Shown here: piece after piece, positions 35,607 to 49,075 of the stretch
Position numbering within the stretch: the first letter of the stretch is position 1
Layout: each line of letters starts with the position of its first letter
Made by a program: the position numbers and the translations under genes
Notes under the pieces: generated by a model
What the model was told of the DNA's origin: nothing
Database searches by the model: none
Seen by the model: only the letters and a program-made list of their open reading frames with translations
Origin: Balamuthia mandrillaris
Taxonomy: Eukaryota
Length of the DNA stretch: 64,000 nt
NCBI GenBank assembly: GCA_031835245.2
Contig: JAVKOQ020000048.1
Span: 1-64,000 of the forward strand
Reading direction: 5' to 3'

Positions 35607-38344
35607 TTAGGAAGACAGCAGCTCTCGCACCCACGAAAGGGCAGAGGTCAGGCAAGCTTGCCATCGCGCTATCCCATCTTCGGCGGCGGAAGGCCTTCTC
35701 GTGGTGAACGTGACCATGATATCGTGGTCCCTCAGCATGTAGCCTATCACATCCGGCGATCCCTCCGGCGGCACTCCGCTGAACACAAAGTCCACGCCCG
35801 CATCATTCCCAAGATTCGAACTCGCCAATTTTTGGTCGAACAACCGTTCGTAAAGTTTGTGGTTGGTGAGGCCTTCTTGTTCTTCTTGTTGTCCTTCTTC
35901 TTCTTGTTGTTGTTGTTCTTGTTGTTGCTGTTTTTCTTCTTCTTCTTCTTCTTCGTTTTCTACTTGTGGTGTGATGGAAACTACTTGAGGTTCGTTGCTG
36001 AGAAAGAAGAGGTGAAGGTAAGTTTCCTTGCCGGAGGTTGCTGTCTCTCGGATGAGCTGTTGATGAGCTTCAACTGCTTTTGTGAAGAGTTGTTTCATTT
36101 TCCGTTTCTTCTCCTCCGTTTGAGCTGCTTCTCCGTTTTTGCGATTGTTCGTTTCACGGATGTTATTGATGTAACAGCGCATAAACTGACAAAGTTGAGG
36201 AGTGGCTGTGTCGACGAGGATGAGACGAGCGCCTTGAAAGTGGCGAGCATCGATTGTTTCTACGTTTGAAGTTATCAACTTCTTATCTTCGCTATAGTCG
36301 TTATATGCCATTTGTAATGCTTTGAGGAGGAGGAGGGAGGAGGAGGGAGGAGGGAGGAGGAGGGAGGAGGGAGGAGGAGGAGGGAGGAGGAGGAGGAGGA
36401 GGAGAGAGATAAGTAAGACCACAAAGAAAAACAAAGGAACACAAGAAAAGAAAGCTTACCAATTTGAAAGCATGCATCAGGACTGTAGCCCTTTTGCTTG
36501 AAAAAGTTTCTGTCAAGGTTTCTAATGCTAAACTCACAAGTGAAACTTTTGGCTTGTTCCATGTGTTGAAGACATTCTTGACGCACTTTTCTCAAGTGCT
36601 CCAAAATATACTTCGAAACCGCCCAATTCAGTTCGTTGACATTTGCATCATCTTCATTTGTTGTTATTAGTGTTGTGATTTCTGAAGCGCGATGAGAGAC
36701 TGGTGGTGATGCAATTTATTGATGTAGGCGTAGAGGTAAGAGGCAAACTTGTGCACAACGCCTATTTGAAAGGAAGAGGATCAGTGGAGGACTACCATCA
36801 AGTACAGGGAGAAAGAGAGAGAAGAGAGAGAGGAGAGAGGAGAGAGGAGAGAGGAGAGAGGGAGAGAGGAGAGAGAGGAGAGAGGAGAGAGGAGAGGAGA
36901 GGAGAGAGGGAGAGGAGAGAGGAGAGGAGAGAGGAGAGGAGAGGAGGGAGAGGAGAGAGGAGAGAGGAGAGAGGAGAGAAGAGAGAAGAGAGACGCTAAA
37001 CCAGAATCCAACGCTGCGTGCTCTACATGAAGAGCGATTCGAACAGCAGAACTGCCTTGACAGTGGCCTCCTACATGAGGTCCCCTGGTCACTACAATTT
37101 GCAACGCCTTCTCGAACCATCTATTGCAAACTGTTTCTTCAATTGAAGGGATGTAATTGCAAGTTTTTCGATACCACCATAGCTGCTCCTTCTCATTCAC
37201 TTCTTTTTCCTTGCCTTCATTTTCGTTGTGTTGATCCAAGCAAACTACGAAAAGAGCTTTTTGAATCCTCAACAGCGATCGTAGGTTGGTCTCTTCTTTC
37301 TCCAGTTCTTCTCTTACAGCAGCCGCTTCGTCTCTTTCCGCACAAGTGAGATATCCCATCATCGTCGTTTCGTATTTGCTAGCAGTTCTCTTCTTGTCAT
37401 GATGCGAAGAAGCAGTAATACGATGTAAGATAGCTTCCACCTTTTCAACAACGTGTAGTTGCTCTTCAATCCGTCTAGCAATGTCCATTCGAGGAACCTT
37501 CAACACAAACATTCGACCTCGGCACATGACTACAACTGCATGCCCTTTCTTTGCTTTCTTCCCTTCAGCTTTGTTGTGATGATGAAGGACATCGAGCTCT
37601 CGTCGCGGAAGTCTCGTCGTTGTAAAGAGGTTATGATATTGTGTTTCATCCTTGCCTTCATCGTTGAACGGTTGAAGCAAACGACGCAGCGAAGAGCTTC
37701 TCTCTTCATCATTTTCGTTGTGTTCTTCTTCCAAGTGTTGATAGAACCACACAGAAGCAACAACAGCTCTTGATGCTGTACTTTCTAATGATGGTGACGA
37801 CGACGACGACGACGAAGAAGAAGAAGAACAAGAAGAACAAGAAGAAGAACTTAAACAACAAGAAGGACAGGAAGCAGGACTGGAACAACATGAACAAGTG
37901 CATGAAGGACAGGAAGAAGCGAGAGGAGAGAGAAGCACGGAATAGTTCTCGCCAAAGGGAAGAGCCTCTCTCTGGCGGAGATGCAACGGGTCAAAGAAGT
38001 GGCGAGCAAAGACGTTTTGCTTCTGGCTATGTTGAGCGTTTAGCCACTCTGAAACTTTTTGTTTTGAAACCAAACGAGAAGAAGAAGAAGAAGAAGAAGA
38101 ACAAGAAGAAGCATGAGGGAGAGAAGCCACAAAAATCAGCTTTGATCAAACAACGACACAAAACCAAGTAGAGAGTGGAACCTTTGGTTGGCACGGCCGA
38201 AGACAAAAATTTGCTGTAGAGTTGCTGCCACCGCAGCTGTTCCTCTTTGTCAAAGTAGCAGAGGGCGAGCCTCTCGGCTATCAACCGGCCGACCTCCTCC
38301 GCGGTGAGCAAGGGTTGCCTCGGCAAAGCCGCCTTCTTCTTCAT
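35607..38344 (-). CDS. Choline/carnitine O-acyltransferase
   Basis: LPRQPL, YHNLFTTTRLP, IQKALFVVCLD, NRWFEKALQ, catalytic EHAALD, KQKGYSPDACFQ|ALQMAY, ETIDARHF, LASSNL. Confidence 0.88.
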
Positions 38345-38631
38345 CTCTTTTTGTTTTTTTTTTTTTTTGCTTTCAAATTTGTCCTGTGACGATAAATCGC
38401 AATTATTATCGAAAAAACCAAATTGGGAAACCAATACGAAATCAGACATCGGAAAATTCAAATTTTCCTTCGTCCATTTATGATTGATGATTGGTCGGTA
38501 TGTCTACAAAAATAAGTCGATTATTCTTTCCTTCGGCTTGAAAAATTTTATTGATAAGAAGAAAGTATTAAAGCAACAAACGTAGCGGACTGGTCGACCA
38601 CAGGTTTTTTTTCCCCTTCTCTTCTCTCTCT

Positions 38632-38662
<31 letters not shown>

Positions 38663-38764
38663 ATTGGTCACTCTTTTCTCGTTCCATCCACCAATTGCTT
38701 ACTCTTTTTCTTCCCACCGAACTTTAAAGTTCATCCTGCTGGAGTGGAAGAGAAGATTATTAAT

Positions 38765-41700
38765 ATGGCGACTTCTTCTTCTCCTTCTTCTGCTCTTCCG
38801 GCTGCCGCATCGGAAGCTGGCGGCGCTGCTGGCACTTCGCCAGACAGCTCCCCAGAGTCGGCGAGGTGTGCACCATGGCCCTCCGCCAGCCATGCCAAAA
38901 GAAAGTCCCACAAGCAGCAGCAAGACAAAAAGCAGAGAGAGAAGAAAGCGACATGGCTCGGCAGCGCCTCCACTTTGAAGAATGCTTTTCTGAAGCAAGC
39001 ACGACCCGTCTCTCTTTATCGTCCTTTTACCTCTTCTCCTGTTTCTTCTTCTTCTTCTTCTTCTTCTTCTTCTTCTTCTTCTGCTGCTGCTGCTGCTGCT
39101 TCTCCTTTGTCTTCCTCCTCCTCCTCCTCCTCTTCCTCTTGCGACCAAGAAACGGGAGAGGAGCCGCATTCTTCTCCCCGAATTGGATATCGACGCACTT
39201 TCCTACAGCTTCAAGCCAATCCGCATTCTTCTTGTTCTTCTTCTTCTTCTTCTTCTTCTTCTTCTTCTTCTTCTTCTTCTTCTCTTCTCCGAAGCTCTCC
39301 TCATTCAAGAAGCGAACGAAACCTTCGCTCACCGCATTTGCCAGAACGACAACAACAAGAAAGAGAACGACAGAAGGAGGAAGAGAGCAAGAGAAGAGCA
39401 CAAAGCAACCTCGTCAGAGTTACCAAGACTCACAACAACGATGGTGAAGCCAATGTTGATTCTTCTCCGACAACAACAACATCAGTGTGGTTGCGGAGAA
39501 CAACGGAACAATGTTGCATGTCTCCTGCCCTTCATGCTCAACACACTATTAAGCTTCAACGAGTTCGTTTCTCTTCTCTACTTTCTTTTTCTCCTTCTTC
39601 CTCCTCTCATTTTGTTGTGCTTTTTCTTCTCTTCTTTTCTGTGCAAACGTACTTATTACTCCGTTTTTGTTTCTGTGTAACAGGCTGAACTGGAACAACT
39701 GAGCAGACAACTGCGAAAAGTGGGAGCAGAACTTGTTGGCCAACGCATGACACTAAACAACGAAATGAAGTACTTGGACCAGTTGCAACAGCAAAGCAAA
39801 CGAACCAAACAAGAAAACGAAGGTTCAACCCAAGAAGCGGAAGGAACAATAGAAAAAGATAACGTGAAAGTGCAACAACCTCAACAGCCACAAAAGAGCA
39901 TTCCGAAAGCATTAGGAGATCCCCTTGTGTTCTTGCGGCCGAGTTCTCTTTGCTGTAACAGGAACGCCACGGAACTCTTCGTGCCACAAGTAATATTCAG
40001 AGGAGAAGATCGTTCATTCTACACTTTTTGTGTATCAGCGGATAATTCTTCTTCTGCCACACAATGCACTCCGTTGATCAAAATGGAGAATGTGTCTCGT
40101 GCCATTACCAATGGATTTCTTTACGAAGCGCCTCTTATTCTTTCTCCCTCTGACCATGAAGAACAACTACTAAAGAAGTTGGAGGAAACCTTGACTCCTA
40201 TGATGGAGACCACGACAACAAAGATGGTGATCTCTTCATCTCTGCTTTCTACAAGTAATAACGATAAGATGATGACATCGCGACGGTTGGTCTACGTTGG
40301 AGAAGACCACCACATTCATGAACTTTTCAAAAGCTTTGTACGAAGAGAAACCGAAGAAGAAAGCGAAGACGAAGATTGGCAACATGTCAACCTTACGAAA
40401 GAGGCGGGAGCTCCATTGGCAGCCATTGGAGAACCGAAAGGATACTATTATGGTGGATCAGCTAAAACAGCAGAGCTTCATGTGGTATATCGTGGCCTTG
40501 ATGGCAGTCTCCATTTGCTAAAACGGCCCTGGCTCTTCCAAGGTGCGTTGTCTTGCTTTGTTATTCTTTCAATTTTTCTGCATCTTTCATATTTTAACGC
40601 GCATGCATTTTAAACAATACAGAAGAGGATGACACTTCTAACAGTAATTGGCAGCATCAGAACTTGACCTCTAAAACATCTCCATTGGACCATTCCGCCG
40701 TTCGTCTGTGCTTATTGCCTCAAAACGATCATGAGAACAGAAAAAGAGTGCAAAGCGAAGAAGAGGAAGATGATGGTGGTGATGCCGAAAAATCAACCGA
40801 AGGCGATGTAGATGAGGAGGACAATCGCGAATTACTTCAACAAGAAAACATAGTACGATCTTTGATGGTCGAAATGGAAAAGTCGAAAGCAGAAGTGAGA
40901 AAACTTAGAGCGGAAATCGAGAGCAAAGAACAACAATTGGTGGCTTCTGTAGAGTCGTTGCAACTTTTGGAAAAAGAAGAGAAGAAGGGACGAACGACTA
41001 AGCATGAGACAAGTTCAAAGAGGAGCAAGAAAAAGAAAAAGGAACACGAGGAGAAAGAGACACAGAGAGAGAAAGAAGATAAAGCGAAGGAAAAAGAGGA
41101 AGAAACGATTCCTATTATTACTGTTGACGAGGCTGAAGAAACTGAAATACAGAATCACGGAAAAGTGCAAAAAGGAGATAGAGGCGGAGACGAGGGGAAA
41201 GAACCACAAAGTCAAGTTTCTGATGAAGAAACAGCAGAAAAGAAGAAAAAACAAGAAGATGAACTCACAACTGACATTGAAACAGAAAATACTGCCGAAC
41301 AAAAAACAGAACCAGAAGCAGAGTTAACTGCTGCAGAAGCGGCGATCGAACAACCACTCGAACAAGAACAAGAACAAGAACCTCAAACTCAAAACGAACA
41401 AGAACAACACGGAGAGAGCGAAGAATATCACTATGAAGAAGAAAGTGAAGCATGGCAAAATCTTTCCACTGAAGAATGGGCAGCAGCGATGATGGCAGAA
41501 GGCGAATTCTATCAAGGAGAAATTCAGGAGTATTATGACGAAGATGAGAACGGGAATGGATACGAGAATGAGGATTTTATCATCGACCAGTCAACCTATG
41601 AACGGTTGTGGCAGATAGAGATGGAGCGCATGAGTCAGTATTGGGATGCCAAATGGCAGGAAGCTCTACTACTGGAACAGAAAGAGAAAGGTACAGAGAA

Positions 41701-43165
41701 AGAGAAAGAAAAAGAAACCGTGGAAGACCAAGAGAGCAAGAGCGCAAATGAGACAGAGAAAGAAGGAACAGAGATAATCATCGAAGAAGAAAAAGAAACG
41801 GAAGCAGAAACGAAGGACCACCAAACAGATGGGGATGAGAACAAGGAAGAACAGCAAGCAGCAGCGAAGAACAACGAAGAACAACCACAAGAAAAAGACG
41901 GTAAAGAAGCACCACAACTAGAAGTGGAGAGCCCAAATAACGAAGCAAAGGTGGAACCAACAGAAGAAGAAGAAAAAGAACCGAGCGACCGAAACGAATC
42001 CAAAATCGACACTATCAATCACAGTGAAGAAACAACACAAGAAGCTAACCCTTGGTTTGAGGCTAGAAACTTGGAGGCCAAAGGCTTAATCAAAAAGATA
42101 CTGCTCTGCCAAGCATGCATACGAAGACACAGAGCTCGATTATGTAAGTTATTCATTCAAGTTTTAACTTTCTTCATTCTCTACTCCTCATATTAATTAT
42201 TCGTTTAGTGCGAAAGCAGTTGTTGATTGCCAACGAAGTGGTTACCACTGAAGAAAGCTATGTGCGTTCTCTTGGCATCATTGTCAACGTAAGTAACTCT
42301 GGCTCTGTTTAAAACATACGACCTGAACACTAACTTAACCCTCACTCATCAAAATAAAAAAGACTTTTCTTCGGCCTTTACTTAACGCTGAGTTGCTGCC
42401 AAAAGAAAGTGTGGACGCCATTTTCTCGGTTGTAGAAGTTCTCTACCACCAACACCAAAAGTTTTTCGGCTTTGTGCAAAAGCGTGTTCGTGATTGGGAA
42501 CTGTTTGCAGAAAGAGGTTTGGCCGAGATATTTCTTGAAAAGGTCTCCTATTATTATTCCTCTTTCCTCTTTTGTCTTTCGTTATTCTGAACGTAGCTCT
42601 TAACAAACAACACAGACGGACTTTTTCATAATTTACCGAGAATACGTAAATAATTACAACAACGCGCTTGAAACGCTGCAAGAGTGCATGCAAACCAATC
42701 CGTCTTTTGCAGAATTCATCAAAGTTTGTTCTTGTTCTTTCTTTTTATACTTCTTATTTCTCTCCTTCATTTAGTGCTAAACAAAACAACACACCAATAG
42801 AAAATGGAGAAGAAGCCTGAATGCGGCTTCCAAGACCTCAACTCCTTCCTCATCATGCCCGTGCAACGCCTCCCCCGTTACACCATGCTCATCGAGGACC
42901 TCCGCCGAAAGACCGTGCGAGACACCTTCAAGTATCAACAGCTGCAACAGGCCGCCTCCCTCCTCAAAGAGAACACTGAGTTTGTTAACGAGCAGAAGAG
43001 AGAGGCCGAGAATTTGGATTATCTCGGCGATTTAGAGGAGAGAATTGTGGGAGGAAGGAAGAGAGCTCCTCAGGGGAAGATACTGGTGAACGACCAGAAT
43101 CGACGGTTCCTGAAAGAGGGCGCTGTTAAGCTTCGCAGTGGACGCAAAGTGGAAGGTTTGTGCCT

Positions 43166-43206
<41 letters not shown>

Positions 43207-43653
43207 TGTTATCCTTTTCGTTAGTAATGATTTATTTTATTTAGATTGTACGTTATTTTTGTTCAACAATTTGCTCTTGCTGGCGAAACCGATGAAAAAG
43301 AAGAGGGAAGGGCCGCACAACAAGACGCTCCTTAAGCTGGTCGCCATGGAGCCTTTGCTCTGTTGTCGCAAAATCTCTTCTATGGCCAATATCGGTATTT
43401 CTTTCTTCTGTCTTTCTTGTCGTAGTTTTTCTTCTTCCTCGTCGCTTCTTTATTGCACTTTTTATAACCCAAACGATGAACAAAAAAAAAAGGAACGGAG
43501 CCAACTTTTTCCATACAGACGTTTAAAAACAAATATACTTTATCGGTGGAGACAGGAAGCAAGAAGCAAGAATGGATGGCGGCGCTGGAGTCTGCACTGG
43601 CTTCTCTCCTCAAAAGCCAAAAGCAACGACAGAGAATACTTGCTTCCTCTTGA
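38765..43653 (+). CDS. RhoGEF (IQ-DH-PH) with N-terminal beta-propeller-like repeats and an acidic linker
   Basis: IQ-like QACIRRHRAR; DH motifs EVVTTEESYVRSL, YREYVNNY and LNSFLIMPVQRLPRY; PH motifs LFLFNNLLL and KQEWMAALE; stop TGA at 43651-43653 after splicing. Confidence 0.85.
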
Positions 43654-43741
43654 AAAAAAACAACAACTTTATTGTTCGTTTTCTCCCTCTTCACTGTAGT
43701 TTTTACAACAAACAATTAAACAAAAAAAAAGTAATGAAGAG

Positions 43742-46701
43742 TTAAGTGTGAGTTGAAGGAGACGAAAGAAGCGAGCTGAGATTAGAAAAACTGGACTTTG
43801 GTTTTGTGGTGTTGGTGTTGTTCGTTTTTGCTGCATAAGAAGAAGTAGAAGATGAAACAGCGTTCGATGTTTTTGGCGCAGAAGCAGAAGGTGAAGAACG
43901 TCGATTATGAGAAGACGAGGAAGAAGACGAGCTGTTGCTCATTAGACGACCAAGATTGGAGTAGCTCACAGGTTGGGCGCGCGGTTCTTTTTCCAGCAAA
44001 GCGGATGGGGAGGACGAATCCAAAGAACTTTTGGAGGAAGACGAATAAGAATCGACATTCAAAGAAGCAAAATGATGAATCATCGAAGGAACGTCTTGAT
44101 CATCTTTGGTTGGTTTTGTTGTCTTTGCAGAAGAAAAGGTGGAAGGATAGGAAGGGGCGTTGCTGCGTTGAGACGAAAGAAAAGCTGCGATGACGCTCGG
44201 CTCTTTCGTTGGAACGGAAGGAAACTCGGCAAAGAGATGCATAGAAGTATCATCATCTTTCGAAGGAATGGAAGAAGATGAAGAAGAAAACGAGGGAGAA
44301 GAGGGAAAAGGTGCTAAAGGAAGATCAACAAGTTGAAGCCCAGCAAGTTCAGGATCGTGGGCCAAATCCGACTCCCAATCTAATAGATTTTGTTGTTGTT
44401 GACGAGCGTTCTCTTCTTTCTTTCTCGCTTCTTCTTCTGCTCGTTCTCTTTCTTCTTTTTCTTGTTGTAATTTCAGTTGTTGTTTTTTCTCTTCTGCTTT
44501 TCGTGCTTCCTCTTCTCGTTGTTGTTGGAGTTGCTTTTCTGTTGGAGAGTCGCTACTGCTGCTGCTGCTGCTGCTGCTGCTGTTGTTGTTGTTGTCATTT
44601 GCAGGGAAAGAAGAATAAGGATAAGCATAGTGAGGAGTAGATGGAGACGAAGAAGTAGAAACGTTATTAAAATAAGACGAAGGTGGTGCTTGTTGAAGCA
44701 CATAAGGAGCATAGGCAGCGTGCAATAGTTGCTGATAAGAACGTGGAGGCTGCATCATCAGTGAATACATTGCTCCTCCATTATTGTTATAGTGTTGTTG
44801 AAGATGATGATGGTTGTTATAAGGAGGCATTATAGGAGTTGGCTGTTGCGATAGAACAGGCGAAGAGTGTGAAACCGTTGTTTGAGCAGATGGAAGAATC
44901 GTTGGCATGGAAGAAGAAGATGCAAAAGAAGGATACTTAGGAGAAGATTCAACGGCTTTATGTGTTGTATTCTGCTGCGCCCGTTTTTTGGCTTTCTTGA
45001 TGAGGGAAGAAGCATCTTTGCCGCCACAAATCTGAGAAGGCAACGGCTTCTCGTTCTTCTCCACCCGCTCGTAAAACAACACCGACGGATGGAAATGACC
45101 CCTCCTGCAACGCTGCGTCAGCTCCTCCCACGTGTCTCCTACCTCCTTCACCACTGTGTCATCAAAGACCATCCATTTTCTCCGTTGAGCGCTGTAAAAG
45201 TAACAGTCGTAGTGCATTCCATAGTAACATACCATTCCACGAAGAGCATAGGTGAATTGAACGGGCACTCCCTCAAAGATGTTGCTGAGCCGGATGCGAG
45301 CATCGATGAGAGAAAGCATGTCGGTGATTTCTTGGACGGTTGGATTGGGAGTGACCCAGACTAAGCCGATGGCAAAGACTTCGGGTTGTTGGAGAAGGTA
45401 TTTGTAGACGGGACATTTCTTTTCTTTGCAGAGTCCACTTTCCTTAAAGCAAGAAAGAAAAAATGTTAGCTTTTTGTTTGTTTTGGGGGTGGTAAAAGGA
45501 GAGCGAGAAAAACAAACCTCATTTGGACAACTTTTGCGCTCTTCGCTGCTTAGCCGTTTCAACAATCGATCGAAAGAGAGAGATGGATATCTCTTACTTC
45601 CAGAACTTTGAAACCAAATGGAAAAAATCATAACACGTGAGTTAGACAGTTTGGAAAGTGAAACGGAAAAACGTACATGACTTCAGTGACATAGGCATAG
45701 TAGATAAACAAATCGGAACCATATGGCTGGGAGACTGCGTCACACTTTTTGCATTGGATCTATGTAATAGTTTTTGCTTCATTCATGAGAGAGAGAGAGA
45801 GAGAGAAGAGAACTCAAGAGAAGTAGGAATACAAACCCTTTCCAGAATGGGAATACCAAACACTTTGTTGGAGATACTCTCCGGATTGTATTCGTCTATT
45901 TTCGACTGTCCGTTTATCAAATATACTTTGTTGAGACATGTTAATATGGCCTCCTGTATGTTTGTACGTACGTATTGGTAGTTTGTTATGAAGGTGAAGA
46001 GAAAAGAAGAGGAGAATGAGAGAAAAAGAGAAGCCGATAAGAAGAGTTAGAGGAGAAGGAGAAGGAGAAGGAGAAGGAGAAGGAGAAGGAGAAGGAGAAG
46101 GAGAAGGAGAAGGAGAAGGAGAAGGAGAAGGAGAAGGAGAAGGAGAAGAAGAAGAACACAAAGAGACAATAATAATGAAGAGAGCAAATAAGAACCAAAG
46201 CTTCAGCCGCATCGTCAAGGTCACCCAAACGAAAACGGTCTTCCTCCTGATATAGAATAGCCAAGCAGGTTCGCAAGGCTGTCGGTGGCAGCGTCTCGCT
46301 CTCGCTAAATTGATATTCTTTAAAAAGTTGCTGCAAAGAAAAAAATTAGAAAAATTGAATAAACAAAAGAGAGAAAAAATGAAAACCAAAAAATAAAAAT
46401 AAAAATAAAAATAAAAATAAAAATAAAAATAAAAATAAAAATAAAATAAAAGAAAAGAAAAGAAAAGAAAAGAAAATAAAAGAAAAAGCAGAAAAAAAAG
46501 AAAAGTAAAAAAAGAGGGAAAAAAATGAACCTTTAAGGCGCAGTAGATACAAGAAGAGCCACGATGGACGTGAGATCCCTCGTTGACAAACTTGGATCGA
46601 AAGGAGTCCAAATGCCAGAGCGCTTGTACGCACACGTTCAGGAAGCAATTGTTCTGCCCTGGCTTGTTCACCAGGCCTTTGCTTCTCGTTGCGCTGCTCA
46701 T
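43742..46701 (-). CDS. USP53/USP54-like ubiquitin-specific protease
   Basis: Cys box GLVNKPGQNNCFLN, CIYCALK, RFRLGDLDDAAE, His box GMVCYYGMHY...WMVFDD, SVLFYE; long Ser-rich tail. Confidence 0.88.
46052..46147 (+). repeat. (GGAGAA)n hexamer microsatellite in an intron
   Basis: About 16 direct copies. Confidence 0.9.
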
Positions 46702-47386
46702 GCTTTTTTTTTCTTTTCTCTCTTTCTCTCTGTTTTTTGTCACTTGACCACCCACCACTACTTCTTTCCTTCCTTTCGGTTCCTTTCTGAGGAAAAAGCT
46801 TTTTTTTTTTTTTTTTTTTTGTGAGAGGCCTTGACGGCAGCAAGGCAAGGCTCGGTCCTGCTGCGGTAGAAAGACTTTTCTTTCTTGCTTTTGTCTTTGC
46901 TTTCTCCTTTACTTGTCGACGCTCAGGAGCAACAATTGACATGCATTTCTCCAGCGGTAGTGCAGGAGACCGAGGAGAGGAGAGGAGAGCAGATAGGAGA
47001 GAGGAGATGAGAGAGGAGAGGAGAGGAGAGCAGTTAGGAGAGAGGAGAGGAGAGAGGAGAAGAGAGCAGAGCAGAGCAGAGCAGAGCAGAGCAGAGCAGA
47101 GCAGAGCAGAGCAGAGCAGAGGAGAGGAGAGGAGAGAACTATGAAGAGGAGCATAACGATGAACAGCACAATGAAGAGAATGATGAAGAGAGAAGAATGA
47201 AAGTCATGAGATGAGAGGGAGCGAGAGGAGAGAGAGAGAATCAGAAAAGAGCGAAAGCGAGAACAGACAGCAAGGGCCTAAGAGGACTACCAAGCAATTG
47301 TTGTTACATCAAAACACATGTTTTCCAACGTGCAAAGGGAGGAGGAAAACACAAAAAGGGAAGAAAGAAAAGAAACCAGTTATGTT

Positions 47387-48103
47387 CTACTTGCGCGCAA
47401 CGCCACCCTTGGACTGGGGCTTGTACTTCTTCATCTCCTCCAGCTCCCTGCCCATCCACCAGATGGCGCCAGGCGGGCCTGGCCTGCCTCCGGCCTTCCT
47501 CAGGGCAGCCTCGGCCGTGAGCAAGGCACGGTTCAGGGCGGTGTTGTCCTGGGTGAGCAGCTGGGCCAGCTCGTTCTTGGCCTGCATGGCCTTGACCCCG
47601 CTGCCGGCAGAGGCAGCCTCCAGCTCCTCCTTGCGGCTCTCGATCTTTTGGATCTCCTGGTTGACGGCCTCAAGGGCGGCCTGGGCCTTCAGCATCTCCT
47701 CGCTGACCACCAGGGCGCCGCCCTCCAGTTGGGGGCGGGAGAGGAGCTCCTGCACGGACTGGTTGTACTTGACGAGGAGGTACTCCACCAGGCTCATGCG
47801 CTTCTTCCTGTCCAGGCGGAGCTCGCTGAGCAGCTCGCGCAGGGCCACCACGGTCTTGGTCTCCCCCCAGAACTCGAGGAACCTGTGGGCGTTGAACTCG
47901 TCCAGGTCGTTGCCCTCTTTCTTCTTCTCCAGGTCGAGCTCCTCGAACTTGTGCTCGTACTTCCAGACGTTCTCCGCCTCGGCGGCGCCGAGCTCGGGCC
48001 AGAAGGCGTTGAGGAAGAAGATGGCCTGGTCCTTGTAGGTCTTGGCGATGACCGCCTTAAAGTCGGTGGTGAGATCGCCGCCCCTGCTCCTGCTTGCTTG
48101 CAT
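47387..48103 (-). CDS. abpB: Calcium-regulated actin-bundling protein (ABP34-like)
   Basis: YKDQAIFFLNAFW, GNDLDEFNAHRFLE, GVKAMQAKNELAQL, GAIWWMGRELEEMKKYKP; intronless. Confidence 0.82.
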   Translation of the reverse strand: MQASRSRGGDLTTDFKAVIAKTYKDQAIFFLNAFWPELGAAEAENVWKYEHKFEELDLEKKKEGNDLDEFNAHRFLEFWGETKTVVALRELLSELRLDRKKRMSLVEYLLVKYNQSVQELLSRPQLEGGALVVSEEMLKAQAALEAVNQEIQKIESRKEELEAASAGSGVKAMQAKNELAQLLTQDNTALNRALLTAEAALRKAGGRPGPPGAIWWMGRELEEMKKYKPQSKGGVARK

Positions 48104-48380
48104 CCTGCGTGGGTGTTGTTTGCTCTCTCTCTCTTTTGCTCTGTAACACTTTAATCTTTGGCCAAGTATTACAGTTACTAAAATAGGACAAGCAAGCATA
48201 AATTAGGAATATGCTTACGTAAGCATTTAATCGTGTCGACACAGAGAAATGGAGAAATCATTCGGAGAAATCGGAGAAAAATGACATCACTGGTTGTCGA
48301 CAAAAACAATTCGAAGAAGAAGAAAGAAAAAAAAATAAAAGAAGAAAAGAAGAAAAAGGCTCTCTCTCGATTTCAGCGCA

Positions 48381-48671
48381 ATGAGTCTGTGGCACCGTCT
48401 GTTGAACTATTGGGCCAACCAAGTCTTTGTGGAGGGCCTCTCCAACAGCCGCTGGTTCCAGCGCTTCGTCGTGCGGACCAACCAAAAGGTGAAGAGCGCG
48501 GTGGAGCAGGGCAAGCGTAGGCTGGAGGACACTCCCCTGGCAGAGAAGCAGCAGGAGCTGCGGCGAAGGCTGGACACCAACTCCAGCTACGTCTCCCAGT
48601 TTGGGTCCGAGTTCTTCAAGAACTTTACCGAAGAGGTCAGCAAGAAGATGAAAGACATCAACAGAAAGTGA
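48381..48671 (+). CDS. Small conserved protein (possibly MRX7/NCBP2-AS2-like)
   Basis: 96-aa ORF with coding-like GC3; motif ANQVFVEGLSNSRWFQRFVVRT. Confidence 0.6.
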   Translation: MSLWHRLLNYWANQVFVEGLSNSRWFQRFVVRTNQKVKSAVEQGKRRLEDTPLAEKQQELRRRLDTNSSYVSQFGSEFFKNFTEEVSKKMKDINRK

Positions 48672-49075
48672 TTCAACGCTAAAACGCCCCTTAACCAGAA
48701 AAAAATTCCCGCTTTCTTTTCATCGGACGGATGGATCTTTTCTTCTTTTTTTCCCCCCTTACCAACGGAACAGGAAAAACCTTTGTAAAGCCACAAACAC
48801 CTTTTAGATCAGCAAACAAGTTCCCTCTATTTATTTTTTTCCCAAAATCGTCTTTTTATTCTACCCGGATTTTTCTTCAGTTGCAGCAGGAGGGGGAGGA
48901 GGAGGAGAAGGAGAAGAAGAAGAAGAACAAGGAGGAGGAGGAGAAGAACAAGAACAAGAAGAAGAACAAGAAGAACAAGAAGAAGCATAAAGAAGATAAA
49001 CAAATATTTTTCTACATAAAGAAAAAGAAAAAACAAACAAAAAAAAAAAGATAAAAAGGCAAATTAAAAAAGGGT

